The notes beneath the pieces are model-generated. The model did not search any database. It saw only the letters and a program-made list of their open reading frames with translations, and was not told the origin of the DNA. Both the position numbers and the translations under genes were made by a program. A stretch of DNA of 64,000 nucleotides from contig VBBS01000026.1 of the NCBI GenBank assembly GCA_005888745.1, forward strand, positions 69,424-133,423. The letters are read 5' to 3'. The stretch is from Candidatus Bathyarchaeota archaeon (lineage in GTDB: Archaea; Thermoproteota; Bathyarchaeia; 40CM-2-53-6). Below, piece by piece: positions 45,446-54,888 of this stretch (position 1 is its first letter; each line of letters starts with the position of its first letter).

Positions 45446-45477
45446 GTAACTTGGATCACTATCCGAAAGTGACAATA

Positions 45478-46125
45478 TCACTTGCTCGGCCGGAGCTTGG
45501 CCAAGCCTAGAACAAATGTGCTGCAGAAGACTCCTAGAAAAGCACCTCCGATCACATCGCTCGGGAAATGTAGTCCCAAGATAATCATAGAGACCCCGGT
45601 AGAGATCGCGAGGGCAACGAAGGGAGCACGCCAAGTAGCGTACCTAGACCAAATCACTGTGGCGACTGTAAACGCGTTTGTCGTGTGACCTGAAGGGAAT
45701 CCTGGATTCGTGGGGATTTCACCACGTGCCACTATTCCGAGTGCGGGCAGCTGGAAGGGTCTTGGAAGGTTGAACGCGGTTTTCAGCAGGTCGGTCAGAA
45801 CCATTGCAGTTACCATCGCTACGGCCAGTACAAGCGAGCTGGTCCACTCATGGTTGTCCTTGCGTAAGACGTAGAGCCAGAACACTAGTGGTATCCAGAT
45901 GAGATCGCCCGCCGTCGCGACCCAGTAGAATACTGGGGCGAGGTCACTCGGTATAGAACGGTAGAGGGCAGTGGCGACGTAGGTATCTGCGTACGTGCCG
46001 AGCAATCGCAAACCAAGCAAAGCGAGGATGAATCCAAAGATACAGATCAGAATGATTCGGTATGAAGCCTGTAAGCTCTTGAGCCATGATCTTAGGTCTA
46101 CCCCCGCCCTTCCCATTAGAGACAT
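45478..46125 (-). CDS. PAP2-superfamily phosphatase (membrane)
   Basis: KTAFNLPRP, PSGHT and LGLHFPSDV are the three PAP2 motifs. Confidence 0.75.
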   Translation of the reverse strand: MSLMGRAGVDLRSWLKSLQASYRIILICIFGFILALLGLRLLGTYADTYVATALYRSIPSDLAPVFYWVATAGDLIWIPLVFWLYVLRKDNHEWTSSLVLAVAMVTAMVLTDLLKTAFNLPRPFQLPALGIVARGEIPTNPGFPSGHTTNAFTVATVIWSRYATWRAPFVALAISTGVSMIILGLHFPSDVIGGAFLGVFCSTFVLGLAKLRPSK

Positions 46126-46214
46126 TTGAAAGTTTCCAGCTCATCGATAATCATAACCGGGAATCCCATGAGCCCTCACTTTTATTAGTGCCGCAACATC
46201 GGTCTCGTTCTCCC

Positions 46215-47111
46215 ATGCTCATACTAGGAGGGTCTGCCAGCCAACCCCTCGCTGGGAAGGTCGCAAAAGAACTCAACCAAGAGGCGGGCAGGCTGGAAAT
46301 TAAGCGATTTCCAGACGGCGAAAAATATCTTCGAATCCATGATGATGTCAAAGACCAAGACGTTGTAGCGATTCAGTCTCTCTATCGGACACCCGACGAG
46401 AACATATTCGAGCTTCTCTTGCTTACAGATACGCTTAGGGACCTAGGAGCCCGCTCCATCACCGTCGTAGTACCCTACCTCGCATACGCGAGACAAGACT
46501 CACGATTCTATCCGGGGGAAGCAGTCAGTTCAGCTTCGGTGGCAAGGCTTCTAGAATCTGCCGGGACGACATCGTTCATTACAATTGATTGTCACCTTCA
46601 CAGACTTGGAGACGTTGCTAAGGTCTTCAAGATCCCAGCCCGCAATCTCACCGCAATGCAGGAATTGGGAAAGTACGCACGAGAACACTTCAAAGCGCGC
46701 GATCCCCTCGTGATCGGCCCTGATGAGGAGGCTGGGCAATGGGCTGCCGTAGTGGCGAAGGAATTGGACGCGGAACATACCGCGTTTCGGAAGGTTCGGG
46801 TTCGCAAGGAAGGCATGACTGCTTCGAAGGTTGAAGTTGACACCGGAGATGTGGAATTGAAAGGTCGAGACGCGGTGTTCGCGGACGACATCATTAGTAC
46901 AGGTGGAACGTTAGCAGAGGCGGCGAAGGCTTGCAAGAAGAAAGGAGCAAGGCACATTTTCGTACTCTGCACCCACCCTGTTCTCGCAGACGGTGCACTG
47001 AAGCGTATCAAAGCAGCGGGAGCACTGAGGATTGTTGGCACCGATACTATCCCCAGCCCGATAAGCAAGGTCTCGGTCGCCCCTGTCATCGCGGCGGCAT
47101 TGAAGAGCTAA
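46215..47111 (+). CDS. prs: Ribose-phosphate pyrophosphokinase
   Basis: LILGGSASQPLA, VVVPYLAYARQD and DDIISTGGT (PRPP-binding loop). Start taken at ATG 46215. Confidence 0.85.
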   Translation: MLILGGSASQPLAGKVAKELNQEAGRLEIKRFPDGEKYLRIHDDVKDQDVVAIQSLYRTPDENIFELLLLTDTLRDLGARSITVVVPYLAYARQDSRFYPGEAVSSASVARLLESAGTTSFITIDCHLHRLGDVAKVFKIPARNLTAMQELGKYAREHFKARDPLVIGPDEEAGQWAAVVAKELDAEHTAFRKVRVRKEGMTASKVEVDTGDVELKGRDAVFADDIISTGGTLAEAAKACKKKGARHIFVLCTHPVLADGALKRIKAAGALRIVGTDTIPSPISKVSVAPVIAAALKS

Positions 47112-47171
47112 GAGCCAATTTCCACTCCGATGACTTGGAATTGTCCAATATGATCGAGAGGCAGTAGTGGT

Positions 47172-48119
47172 TTGTCACCGGACCTCGTTGTTACGGGAGC
47201 ACTCAACTGGGACATCAATCTCTTCGTCAAGCGACTGCCCCGACCCGGGGAAGAGGTGGTTGTGGAAAAAGTGGACCGGGTCCCTGGCGGAAAAGGGGGG
47301 AATGTTTCGGTTGCAGCATCCCGGATTCTCGGCCAGAGAAAGGTGGCCTTGCTGGCCTGTATCGGGAAAGACGAGATCGGCAAGAAACAGGTGTCGATTC
47401 TCAAACAGGACGGGGTGGACACATCCGCGGTCCAGACCCTGGTCAAGCTTGAGTCCGGACAGGCGTACATTACAGTTGACGAGAAGGGGAGGAACAATAT
47501 CGAGACTCATTTCGGAGCGAATGCTGGACTGAAACGGGACCACATCATGCTGCCTGAGGTGCAAGACCTCTTCGGCAACTGCCGGATGATGGTCGTTATC
47601 GACCCGCCTCGACACGTTGCTGGGAGGATACTGTCGGAAGGGCGCCGGCTCCGACGATCCGTTCTCTGGCATCCAGGAGTCTTGACAAGATTTGGAATGA
47701 ATGAGTTCAGTGGGGAAATGGAGGGTTTGGATTACTTGGTCTTGAATGAACATGAGGCTTTGGCGTTCGCCGGTACGCGTAGCGTATCAGAATCTGTGGC
47801 CGCCTTCAACAAGGTCGCGCCAAATATGAAAATCCTCGTTACGTTGGGAAGTAAGGGCTTCGCGTTTCATGATAAGGGGAAGCAGCTGAAGATGAAGAGT
47901 GTTGACTTGGCGAAACTAGGGAGGAAGATAGTGAACACGACTGGTTGTGGAGACGCGTTTGTCGGAGCGTTCGCAGCCTACAAAGTCCTCGGGCTAACGG
48001 ACATCGAGGCGCTTAAGCACGGAAACATGGCAGCAGCCCTTAAGGCTGGTAAGCCAGAAACCAGGGGAAGCCCAACCCGGAAAGAGCTTGAAGAGTTCTA
48101 CCAGAAATATTCGGCGTGA
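47172..48119 (+). CDS. PfkB-family carbohydrate kinase (ribokinase-like)
   Basis: GALNWDI, GGKGGNVS and VNTTGCGDAFVGAF (PfkB signature 2). Adjacent to prs. Confidence 0.7.
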   Translation: MSPDLVVTGALNWDINLFVKRLPRPGEEVVVEKVDRVPGGKGGNVSVAASRILGQRKVALLACIGKDEIGKKQVSILKQDGVDTSAVQTLVKLESGQAYITVDEKGRNNIETHFGANAGLKRDHIMLPEVQDLFGNCRMMVVIDPPRHVAGRILSEGRRLRRSVLWHPGVLTRFGMNEFSGEMEGLDYLVLNEHEALAFAGTRSVSESVAAFNKVAPNMKILVTLGSKGFAFHDKGKQLKMKSVDLAKLGRKIVNTTGCGDAFVGAFAAYKVLGLTDIEALKHGNMAAALKAGKPETRGSPTRKELEEFYQKYSA

Positions 48120-48235
48120 CCCTTCTCTATCTCAATGGCTAGTTCTGGATTGTTTGGTTTGTTCCAATAAGATTCTGTAGGGTTCTCTTTAATTGGCGGT
48201 AGGCTAACCTCTCTTTTTGAGGGAGATTCAAGGTA

Positions 48236-49348
48236 TTGTCTGGTACTGTCGAGGTTGCAAAGCGGGATCAAGCCGTTGCCTGGCTCCTAAAGAATGAGAA
48301 TCCGGGCGTTCGATATTGGACCCTTACGGATATTCTCGAAAGATCCCCGAGCGATGACGAAGTTGTATCAGCCTTGAACGGGATCGAATCTTGGGGTCCG
48401 GTAGCCGAGTACTTGAGAGAGCAACACCCGGCAGGGTACTGGGGCGATGGAGAAGATGTGTACTGGCCCAAGTGGAAGGCGACTGTTTGGGCTCTGATAT
48501 TGTTGGCCGAGTTGGGAGTTCCGAGGACAAATCCCTCGATCAAGAAAGGATCGGAGTATTTTCTGCGAGCTATGGACGGGCAAGACCGTTCATGGCCTCC
48601 GCCGAAGTATCCTGAAGATGATTTGCGAGGATGGCGTTTGGTCTGGGAGCCCTGTGTAACTGGTAACATGGCCCGGGCGCTTGCAGAGTTCGGGCTAGAG
48701 ACTGATCCTCGCGTACGCGAGATGTTTGAATGGCTTGTAAAGAACCAGAGGGATGATGGGGGATGGAACTGCGAGACTGAGGACAGCAGAGAAGGCGAGG
48801 CGGTGCACCATAGCTCGTTCATGTCAACGATCGAGCCATTGTGGGCATTTTCTTCCCTGGACCCTCAGAAATGGCCGCGTGGCGGGCGAGAAGCAGTCGA
48901 GAAAGGAGTCGAGTTCCTACTAATGCACCGCTTGTTCAAGAGCGACAAGTCGGGCAAAGTGATTCGGCATGAGTGGACGCAATTACACTTTCCTTTATTC
49001 TACTTCTACGACATTCTTCAAGGCCTGCGGGTTGTAACGGCTCTAGGTTTTGGCGGAGATGAGAGGAGCAAAGATGCTCGGGACTTGCTGCTGTCGAAAG
49101 GACTGCCAGACGGGACCTGGCCGATGGAAGCAACATACCTCCGATCCCTGCGACGGAACTTCGTGAAAGATGAGAAGACGGGACAATGGCACTCGGTATG
49201 GGAGGAAGGCATCGACTTGTCCAACCTCTACAAGAGTAGCGGAAGAGTAGTGGAGGTTCCAAGCATATACTCGAGCCTGGGCGAGGTGGGTAAGGCTAAT
49301 CCTTGGGTGACCCTGAACGCCCTTAGGGCGCTTAAAGACAAGGAATGA
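48236..49348 (+). CDS. Prenyltransferase/squalene-oxidase-repeat (alpha-alpha toroid) protein
   Basis: QW-like repeat QRDDGGWNCE and several Trp-rich repeat segments. Confidence 0.45.
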   Translation: MSGTVEVAKRDQAVAWLLKNENPGVRYWTLTDILERSPSDDEVVSALNGIESWGPVAEYLREQHPAGYWGDGEDVYWPKWKATVWALILLAELGVPRTNPSIKKGSEYFLRAMDGQDRSWPPPKYPEDDLRGWRLVWEPCVTGNMARALAEFGLETDPRVREMFEWLVKNQRDDGGWNCETEDSREGEAVHHSSFMSTIEPLWAFSSLDPQKWPRGGREAVEKGVEFLLMHRLFKSDKSGKVIRHEWTQLHFPLFYFYDILQGLRVVTALGFGGDERSKDARDLLLSKGLPDGTWPMEATYLRSLRRNFVKDEKTGQWHSVWEEGIDLSNLYKSSGRVVEVPSIYSSLGEVGKANPWVTLNALRALKDKE

Positions 49349-49454
49349 ACAGGTCCGCAACTTCGTGCTCGAGTGCCGTGCGGTCGTTAGATCCGCTGTC
49401 TTCGCGAAGAGCGGGGCGGGAAAATCGACCACCCCGGGTGGTCATGAAATAGTT

Positions 49455-49535
49455 AGCGGAAAAGAAAAGTTGCGAAAAGAAGAAAATTATGGGAAAACTG
49501 TTACGGAAAGAGAAAACTTACGAGAAGGGAGTCCG
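49455..49535 (-). terminator. Cluster of oligo-T tracts in a convergent intergenic region
   Basis: The minus strand reads ...GTTTTCTCTTTCC...GTTTTCCC...ATTTTCTTCTTTTCGC...CTTTTCTTTTCC downstream of the minus-strand zinc-ribbon ORF. Confidence 0.25.
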
Positions 49536-49615
49536 GAGCGGGGCTTTGTCCTTGGTGATACGCCAGCGCCCAGGCTGCGCCAGAGGCGAAGCATGAGGGA
49601 TCGAACAGGCAATCG

Positions 49616-49774
49616 CTACTTGTCGGGATTCGGCCTAGACAGGCTTTTCTGTTCTTTCCAGGTGGACCCGCAAACGTGGCAGTTGTGATACCTAAACTCG
49701 TCCGTTTCCCCGGATGAACGAGTACACGGTCCTGTGGTCCCGCAGACCGGACATGTATGGGTTGTCTGCTCCAA
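49616..49774 (-). CDS. Small zinc-ribbon protein (52 aa), paralog of 61610..61807
   Basis: Hand translation gives (TTG)EQTTHTCPVCGTTGPCTRSSGETDEFRYHNCHVCGSTWKEQKSLSRPNPDK. It shares CPVCG..GPC......D.(F/Y)R.HNCHVCGSTWKE with the other copy. It is below the ORF-track size cutoff. Confidence 0.5.
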   Translation of the reverse strand: MEQTTHTCPVCGTTGPCTRSSGETDEFRYHNCHVCGSTWKEQKSLSRPNPDK

Positions 49775-49795
49775 CGTATTGGTCGATTCCGAGTG

Positions 49796-50986
49796 CTATC
49801 CGACCCTGATTATATCTTCCTGTGGCTTGGACAGTTCTTGGTAGCCGCTAGACGTGACCAGAACGTCCTGCTCCAGATTACAAGTTCCAAGCTTGCTTGT
49901 GACCGAAGGCTCTATCGTGAAGACCATGTCCTTCTGAACCTGCTTCTCCACCTGCTTACCATAGCGGTTCGGCCACCTTGGACCTAGGAGAGGGCCGATC
50001 TCATGGGTACTCCGGCCCAGGACGTGTCCCAGAGCATGCTTGTACTCGGGGTAGCCGTTCTTGACAATTAGCTTCCTCCCAGCACCATCAACCTTGTATC
50101 CTATCGTTCCAGGTCTTAGAGCTGCGAGAGCGGCTTCGTTTGCAGCTCCAGCAGTCTCGAACATCCGCTTTACCGAGTTCGGAATGTTTCCCGGCCCAAC
50201 GAAATAGACTCGTTGGATGTCGCTGCAGTAGCCTTCATAGTCGACTCCGAAGTCTAGCTTGACGAAATCACCGTTCCTGATGGTTGTGTTGTGGTAACCT
50301 ATGTGTCCCATGAGATTGCCCGCAACATTCACTGAGGGACAGCGGTCATAGGCCCACGCTGTCGATAGCCCCTTTTCAGCAACAAGCTTGTGCGCGAACT
50401 GGTGAACATACTTATCCTTCTTACCCGGCTTGATTGCATCCTCAACTTCGTCGTAGATCTTTTCGCATTCGACAATGGCCTTCTTTACTAGTTCGACTTC
50501 TTCCGGGACGAGCCTCGCACGCAGAGTAATAGCCAAATCCTCTGCCGATACGAACCGTTTGGAATACCCCTTCAAGGCCCGTTTGAGATACGCCTCCATT
50601 CCGCTCGTTAGACCGTCTGCAGCACCCTCGTCGTAGCTTGTGTTGACCGCGATGCTCTTCGGCTTTCTTTTTGCAATGATCTGTTTTAGCTTGGGAGCCA
50701 CTCCCTCGCTCGCGTACCCAACGACCTCGTCGTAGAACTTGTTTTGTTTGATCGTTTCGATTTCCAGACTACCCACAATTGCGGTCTTAGTTCCATCTAC
50801 GTCGATAATTGCAGCGGAACGCCAAGTCAGATCACCAAACCTTAGATCCTGAGCAAACGGATCCTCGTTTCCCTCCCTTGTAAAAGTGATCCAGATGTCT
50901 ATTTTCTGCTCTTGCATAGTCTGCTGAATCCACTTCAGCTTCTTCCTAAGAAACTCCATTCGGATTGGAGATTTGTCGAGCTTCAC
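49796..50986 (-). CDS. M24-family peptidase (Xaa-Pro aminopeptidase/creatinase-like)
   Basis: Pita-bread fold metal-ligand regions: DFGVDYEGYCSDIQR, GHVLGRSTHE and FTIEP. Confidence 0.75.
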   Translation of the reverse strand: MKLDKSPIRMEFLRKKLKWIQQTMQEQKIDIWITFTREGNEDPFAQDLRFGDLTWRSAAIIDVDGTKTAIVGSLEIETIKQNKFYDEVVGYASEGVAPKLKQIIAKRKPKSIAVNTSYDEGAADGLTSGMEAYLKRALKGYSKRFVSAEDLAITLRARLVPEEVELVKKAIVECEKIYDEVEDAIKPGKKDKYVHQFAHKLVAEKGLSTAWAYDRCPSVNVAGNLMGHIGYHNTTIRNGDFVKLDFGVDYEGYCSDIQRVYFVGPGNIPNSVKRMFETAGAANEAALAALRPGTIGYKVDGAGRKLIVKNGYPEYKHALGHVLGRSTHEIGPLLGPRWPNRYGKQVEKQVQKDMVFTIEPSVTSKLGTCNLEQDVLVTSSGYQELSKPQEDIIRVG

Positions 50987-51077
50987 ATGCCACTACCTCC
51001 TGAGAAACGACTTATTGCTTCCTGTCGAAACAATCGGTTCCGATCTTGCAGATGGGGTTCTTGAGGATCCAATTCGT

Positions 51078-51257
51078 TCATCTAGACGCCTTTCCGCTTC
51101 TAACTATCATGACTTGACGTTGCGCTTCAAACTCGCCGGGAAACTGTCCGATCAGAAAATGCTTGAGTGGCCATGGCATCCGCAAGGTCACCTTTTCAAA
51201 TACGATGAATAGTGCCCAGCTGAACGAGAAGACGAATCCAGTTAGCTCCTCACTCAT
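51078..51257 (-). CDS. Possible 59-aa membrane peptide
   Basis: Hand translation gives MSEELTGFVFSFSWALFIVFEK.... It is the only ATG-started ORF in a 290-nt gap. Confidence 0.2.
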   Translation of the reverse strand: MSEELTGFVFSFSWALFIVFEKVTLRMPWPLKHFLIGQFPGEFEAQRQVMIVRSGKASR

Positions 51258-51274
51258 TCCCTAGTCCCCCTGGC

Positions 51275-51862
51275 CTAGGCCAATTTCTCGCTTATCTCCA
51301 TAGCGTCTTTGGTGGTGTCTGAGAATTCCAGGAGGGTTTCCACTGTCCGGCTCTTGTAGGGACCCTTTTTCCTAACATACTCCAGGTAGTCTTGCATCTG
51401 ATCCTTGAATATGCCCACGTTGTCTGCTACGATGACGCTGCCCTTGTGAAGATTCTTCTCGATAGCTTTCAGATATGCGAGATACTGTGTCTTCTCTGCG
51501 TCCAGGAAGATTAGGTCGAAGCTTCCGGAGAGCCGCATTAGTTCTGTCCTTCCATCCCCTTCTATCACCCTGATCCTGCCTTCCATGTTGGCGCGCCGGA
51601 TGTTCTCGATTGCCATACGCACATGTTCGGGGTTCTTCTCGACCGATATGATCTCGGCTTTGGGTGGCGAGTTCTTGGCCATCAGTATGGCAGAGTACCC
51701 GTAGAGGGCTCCGACCTCCAAGATTCGCTTGGGCCTGACCTTCTTCACGATCTCACCGAGGATCTTTCCCTTGACCGGGCCGATGGACGGGATGAACGAA
51801 CGTTTTCCGACCGCCTCGATTTCTCGAAGGACCGTATCCGCCGGGTCCAAAGACTTCTTCAT
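51275..51862 (-). CDS. Class I SAM-dependent O-methyltransferase (CCoAOMT-like)
   Basis: ILEVGALYGYSAILMA SAM motif I, DLIFLDAEK and VIVADNV. Confidence 0.7.
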   Translation of the reverse strand: MKKSLDPADTVLREIEAVGKRSFIPSIGPVKGKILGEIVKKVRPKRILEVGALYGYSAILMAKNSPPKAEIISVEKNPEHVRMAIENIRRANMEGRIRVIEGDGRTELMRLSGSFDLIFLDAEKTQYLAYLKAIEKNLHKGSVIVADNVGIFKDQMQDYLEYVRKKGPYKSRTVETLLEFSDTTKDAMEISEKLA

Positions 51863-52021
51863 CGCCTCGGCTCTGCCCTCAATTTAGCCATCTATCCTTA
51901 ACGAGAGCACCAAGTCGGGCTATGCACATGTTTCTCTTTAGTTCTCTAGAGAGACAGTAGCCCCGGTTCAAATCTAGCGAGTAACAGTGGCCTGGGCAGG
52001 AAAAGAGGGGGAACAACAAGA

Positions 52022-52420
52022 ATGCAGCTGAGAATGCTCAAGGGCAAGATTCACAGAGCACGAGTCACAGGCGCCGACCTGAACTATGAGGGAAGCATCG
52101 AGATAGACTCGTCTCTAATGGAAGTGGCTGGAATCCTTCCCTTCGAGAAAGTCGACATCTGGAGCATCACTACCGGAGACAGATTTTCCACATACGCTCT
52201 TCCCGCAGAGAGGCGGAGCGGAATCATCGCGCTTAACGGTGCAGCCGCACGCAAAGTACAGCCGGGCGACGAGATCATCATCACAGCCTTCGTATCAATG
52301 AACGAGAAAGAGGCGGAGCACTGGGATCCCAAAATTGTCTTCGTCGACGAAAAGAACCGGTTCAAACCCCTGACACACGTTCCTAGAGCAACGTCCAACA
52401 GACGAAGATTGACCCAATAG
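52022..52420 (+). CDS. panD: Aspartate 1-decarboxylase (pyruvoyl-dependent, bacterial type)
   Basis: MLKGKIHRARVTGADLNYEGSIEID carries the G-S self-cleavage site, with VDIWSITTGDRFSTYA and LNGAAAR. Confidence 0.85.
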   Translation: MQLRMLKGKIHRARVTGADLNYEGSIEIDSSLMEVAGILPFEKVDIWSITTGDRFSTYALPAERRSGIIALNGAAARKVQPGDEIIITAFVSMNEKEAEHWDPKIVFVDEKNRFKPLTHVPRATSNRRRLTQ

Positions 52421-52453
52421 TCTAACATGCGGATGCGGCAAATCACGTTCTCT

Positions 52454-53086
52454 TCAGCCCCGTTTCAGAGCCGAGGCTAGGAACATTGGAATCTTAGCTT
52501 GTTGACCTTCCTGCACGCTGGAACAACAGAAAGACAGTGTTTCGGTCTTCACGTTGTCTAAGCCATTTTCCATCATCATCACGGCGACATTTTCCATCTT
52601 GAACCCCAGCCACAAGTCCGCATGCTCCTGCCGCAACCATTCGTAGCCATGCTCCTGCAAGTCCGAGATCGCGATTCTTCCTCCTGTCTTGAGCACCCTA
52701 GCCATTTCCGAGATCGCAATCTCTGGATGAGGACAGTGGTGTAGGACCATATTTCCGATGACAACGTCTACGGACGAGTCCTGGAATGGCATACTCTCGG
52801 CGCTTCCGATTCGAAATTCCACATTCCCGCTTCCCATCGTCGCAATCGCTTCCTCACTCATCCCTCTGGAGAAGTCGAGCGCGATAACCTTCGAAGCGAT
52901 CTTCGCAGCCGCCTCCGTCAGAAATCCTGTTCCAGCACCTACATCCAGAACCGTATCAAAGGGCTTGACGCGAACGGCGTGCAATACAGCCTCCCGGACC
53001 TCTTCACCGTAGAGGCTCTTTCTCATCACGTCCCACCGAGGAGAGACGAACTCGAAATAATCTTGTACCCGCCGAGACATGTACAT
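52454..53086 (-). CDS. Class I SAM-dependent methyltransferase (UbiE/Methyltransf_11-like)
   Basis: VLDVGAGTGFLTEAAA, VIALDFS and LKTGGRIAISD. Confidence 0.7.
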   Translation of the reverse strand: MYMSRRVQDYFEFVSPRWDVMRKSLYGEEVREAVLHAVRVKPFDTVLDVGAGTGFLTEAAAKIASKVIALDFSRGMSEEAIATMGSGNVEFRIGSAESMPFQDSSVDVVIGNMVLHHCPHPEIAISEMARVLKTGGRIAISDLQEHGYEWLRQEHADLWLGFKMENVAVMMMENGLDNVKTETLSFCCSSVQEGQQAKIPMFLASALKRG

Positions 53087-53169
53087 CTAGATGGTCCACC
53101 TGGAATCAGTTAAAGAATACGGAGGCCGGGCCAAGTCCCAATTTTCGAAGAGGGTGAGATAGAAGCCTT

Positions 53170-53859
53170 ATGGTAATTGAAGCGGATTTCTACAGGATCC
53201 GGCTGCGATTCAAGCGCCTCTTCGCCGACCCGGCAATCTTCGATGACCAAAAGAACGCCGTTCGACGATTCCTCGGTTACTCAAGTTCCTCAAACGACCA
53301 AACTGACATTTATCAAATAACAGACGACATCTCACCAAGTGACAATGTAGGGAAATCCCCCGAGGTTGCAGGCACCGCCCGGTACGTTCATGGGGGAAGG
53401 GTTGTACGTTCAGAGTACCTGGAAAACGCGAACGTAACACTAGAGTACGCTGATTTTGGTAGCGGCTTATTGCCTTCCGGTCATCAGAAGATTTGGAAGA
53501 GGCAGAAATGGGGACGAATGAGCTTCAACATTGAGGAATTTCATCATGAGCATTTGAGGATCGAGATTCCAGCTATTCCTGAGCTCTATGAAATGCTCCG
53601 TGTTAGAGCTGATCCGACGACGCTAGTCGATGTTGAGCTTCCAGAGCTTCCGGACTACTTTTTCCGCTCTGCGGTGGGCTATTTAGAAACTCGGCTTAAG
53701 CGGCTGGCCGAACGGGAGAGCCAGACGATCGACATCTACGTTGCCCGAGACCTGCTCCCAGAGGAAAAGCAAGCCTTAGAGAGGAGACTGACGAGACCCT
53801 CAACCAAATCTACGATCTACATCCTCTTGTCTAAGACCGAAGGATCTGCGACACTCTAG
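53170..53859 (+). CDS. Hypothetical protein
   Basis: 229-aa ORF with no recognisable motif. Confidence 0.4.
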   Translation: MVIEADFYRIRLRFKRLFADPAIFDDQKNAVRRFLGYSSSSNDQTDIYQITDDISPSDNVGKSPEVAGTARYVHGGRVVRSEYLENANVTLEYADFGSGLLPSGHQKIWKRQKWGRMSFNIEEFHHEHLRIEIPAIPELYEMLRVRADPTTLVDVELPELPDYFFRSAVGYLETRLKRLAERESQTIDIYVARDLLPEEKQALERRLTRPSTKSTIYILLSKTEGSATL

Positions 53860-53883
53860 CCGCTTATTCTCTTGCAGTAAAGC

Positions 53884-54261
53884 CTACACGACTTGCTTGT
53901 ATGATTCGACAAATTCAGGATCTATTACTCCAGACACGACTCTCTCGGAACCGTCGGGGAGTATTACAGGTGTACCTGCGGCGTGGTAAGGGAGCTCGAA
54001 CTTTTCTAACTTGTCAGGCGCTTCAACCTCGAAGAGCTTTCGGCAGGCACCGTTCTGGTAGTGGAAGCAATAGATCTTCTCGACACGTCTCTCACCAAAT
54101 CCGCCAGCTCTTCCTCCGGCCGCATGCGAATCTTCTGGCAACTGTAGGATATAGACGGAGTTTTCTCCCTGAAGGGTTCTCAGATCGACCGGGCCTTGTG
54201 CGACCAGTATCCGACGACCTTTTTCGGAGATGAGGTGGGAGAGCTCTTCGAGAGGGGTCAT
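53884..54261 (-). CDS. Hypothetical protein
   Basis: 125-aa ORF with no recognisable motif. Confidence 0.4.
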   Translation of the reverse strand: MTPLEELSHLISEKGRRILVAQGPVDLRTLQGENSVYILQLPEDSHAAGGRAGGFGERRVEKIYCFHYQNGACRKLFEVEAPDKLEKFELPYHAAGTPVILPDGSERVVSGVIDPEFVESYKQVV

Positions 54262-54334
54262 GCTATCCTGAACCGTTTCTTCATGTAGAAATAAACTCTG
54301 TTAATTTGTCGTCGAGGTCTCTCTCTGAGGTATT

Positions 54335-54351
54335 AGGAGGCTTTGCCTCCT
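54335..54351. repeat. Perfect hairpin AGGAGGC-TTT-GCCTCCT next to a TnpB relic
   Basis: 7-bp stem and 3-nt loop by inspection, about 40 nt upstream of the degraded tnpB start. Confidence 0.7.
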
Positions 54352-54391
54352 CTCTCGCTCGTGTTGGCTGTCAAGTCTGTCTGGCAATACT

Positions 54392-54830
54392 ATGTTCCAG
54401 AATGCGATGTTGCTAGACGTGTTCAGGAGGATGATTAACGAGTCATTACGGATAGGTATAGCCAACAATGCGTCGTCGCTGAGAAAGCTCTCACTCCTAT
54501 CCTACAACCAGCTTGTCCAGTACGATTCTCCTAGCTACTGCAAGCTCTAGGCCATAAGCAGAGCACAGGAATACGAGCGCTACGAAGTCTACTCGCCAAG
54601 GCTACACCAATAGGACCCCGTACCCCTTCAGACAGCAGCTCGTCTCCTGCTCCAGGTTTAAGATAGAGAATGGATATTTGCATATTCCGGTGTCGAGAGG
54701 GAAACGTTTCAGCCTACCCTTCCATCCTCATAGAGGCGCAAGGCGGAGAAAGTGAAGCAGTGAAGGGGAACCCGAACCCGGTAATCCGCGGAGTCGATGT
54801 CCCGAAACTAACTCAGCCAACAAAGAGTTA
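54392..54830 (+). pseudogene. Degraded IS200/IS605-family tnpB (N-terminal region plus extreme C-terminal tail, internally deleted, with stops)
   Basis: MFQNAMLLDVFRRMINESLRIGIANNASSLRKLSLLSYNQLVQYDSPSYCKL*AISRAQ... then ...FKIENGYLHIPVSRGKRFSLPF... This resembles archaeal OrfB N-termini. The RuvC and Zn-finger core is absent. Confidence 0.55.
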
Positions 54831-54888
54831 ACAAAACCAAGGCTTAACTAAGATCAGAGGCAGCCGCAGATGGCGGGCGAAGTGACTG

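Noticed and set aside
45446-45634. An N-terminal extension of the KaiC-like ORF. Similarly 46086..46214 for prs, 23275..23346 for ridA, 57334..57420 for DUF72 and 15558..15671 for the M50 gene.
   Set aside because: The extensions overlap upstream genes or contain non-protein-like sequence. Conserved family N-termini begin at the internal ATGs used in the feature table.
51961-51980. A T-loop-like GGTTCAAATC motif, with a similar one at 61818..61836 (CTGGTTCAAACCCGG), suggesting tRNA genes or fragments.
   Set aside because: There is no complementary T-stem (first case) and no acceptor, D or anticodon arms nearby (both cases). At best these are tiny tRNA-derived remnants.
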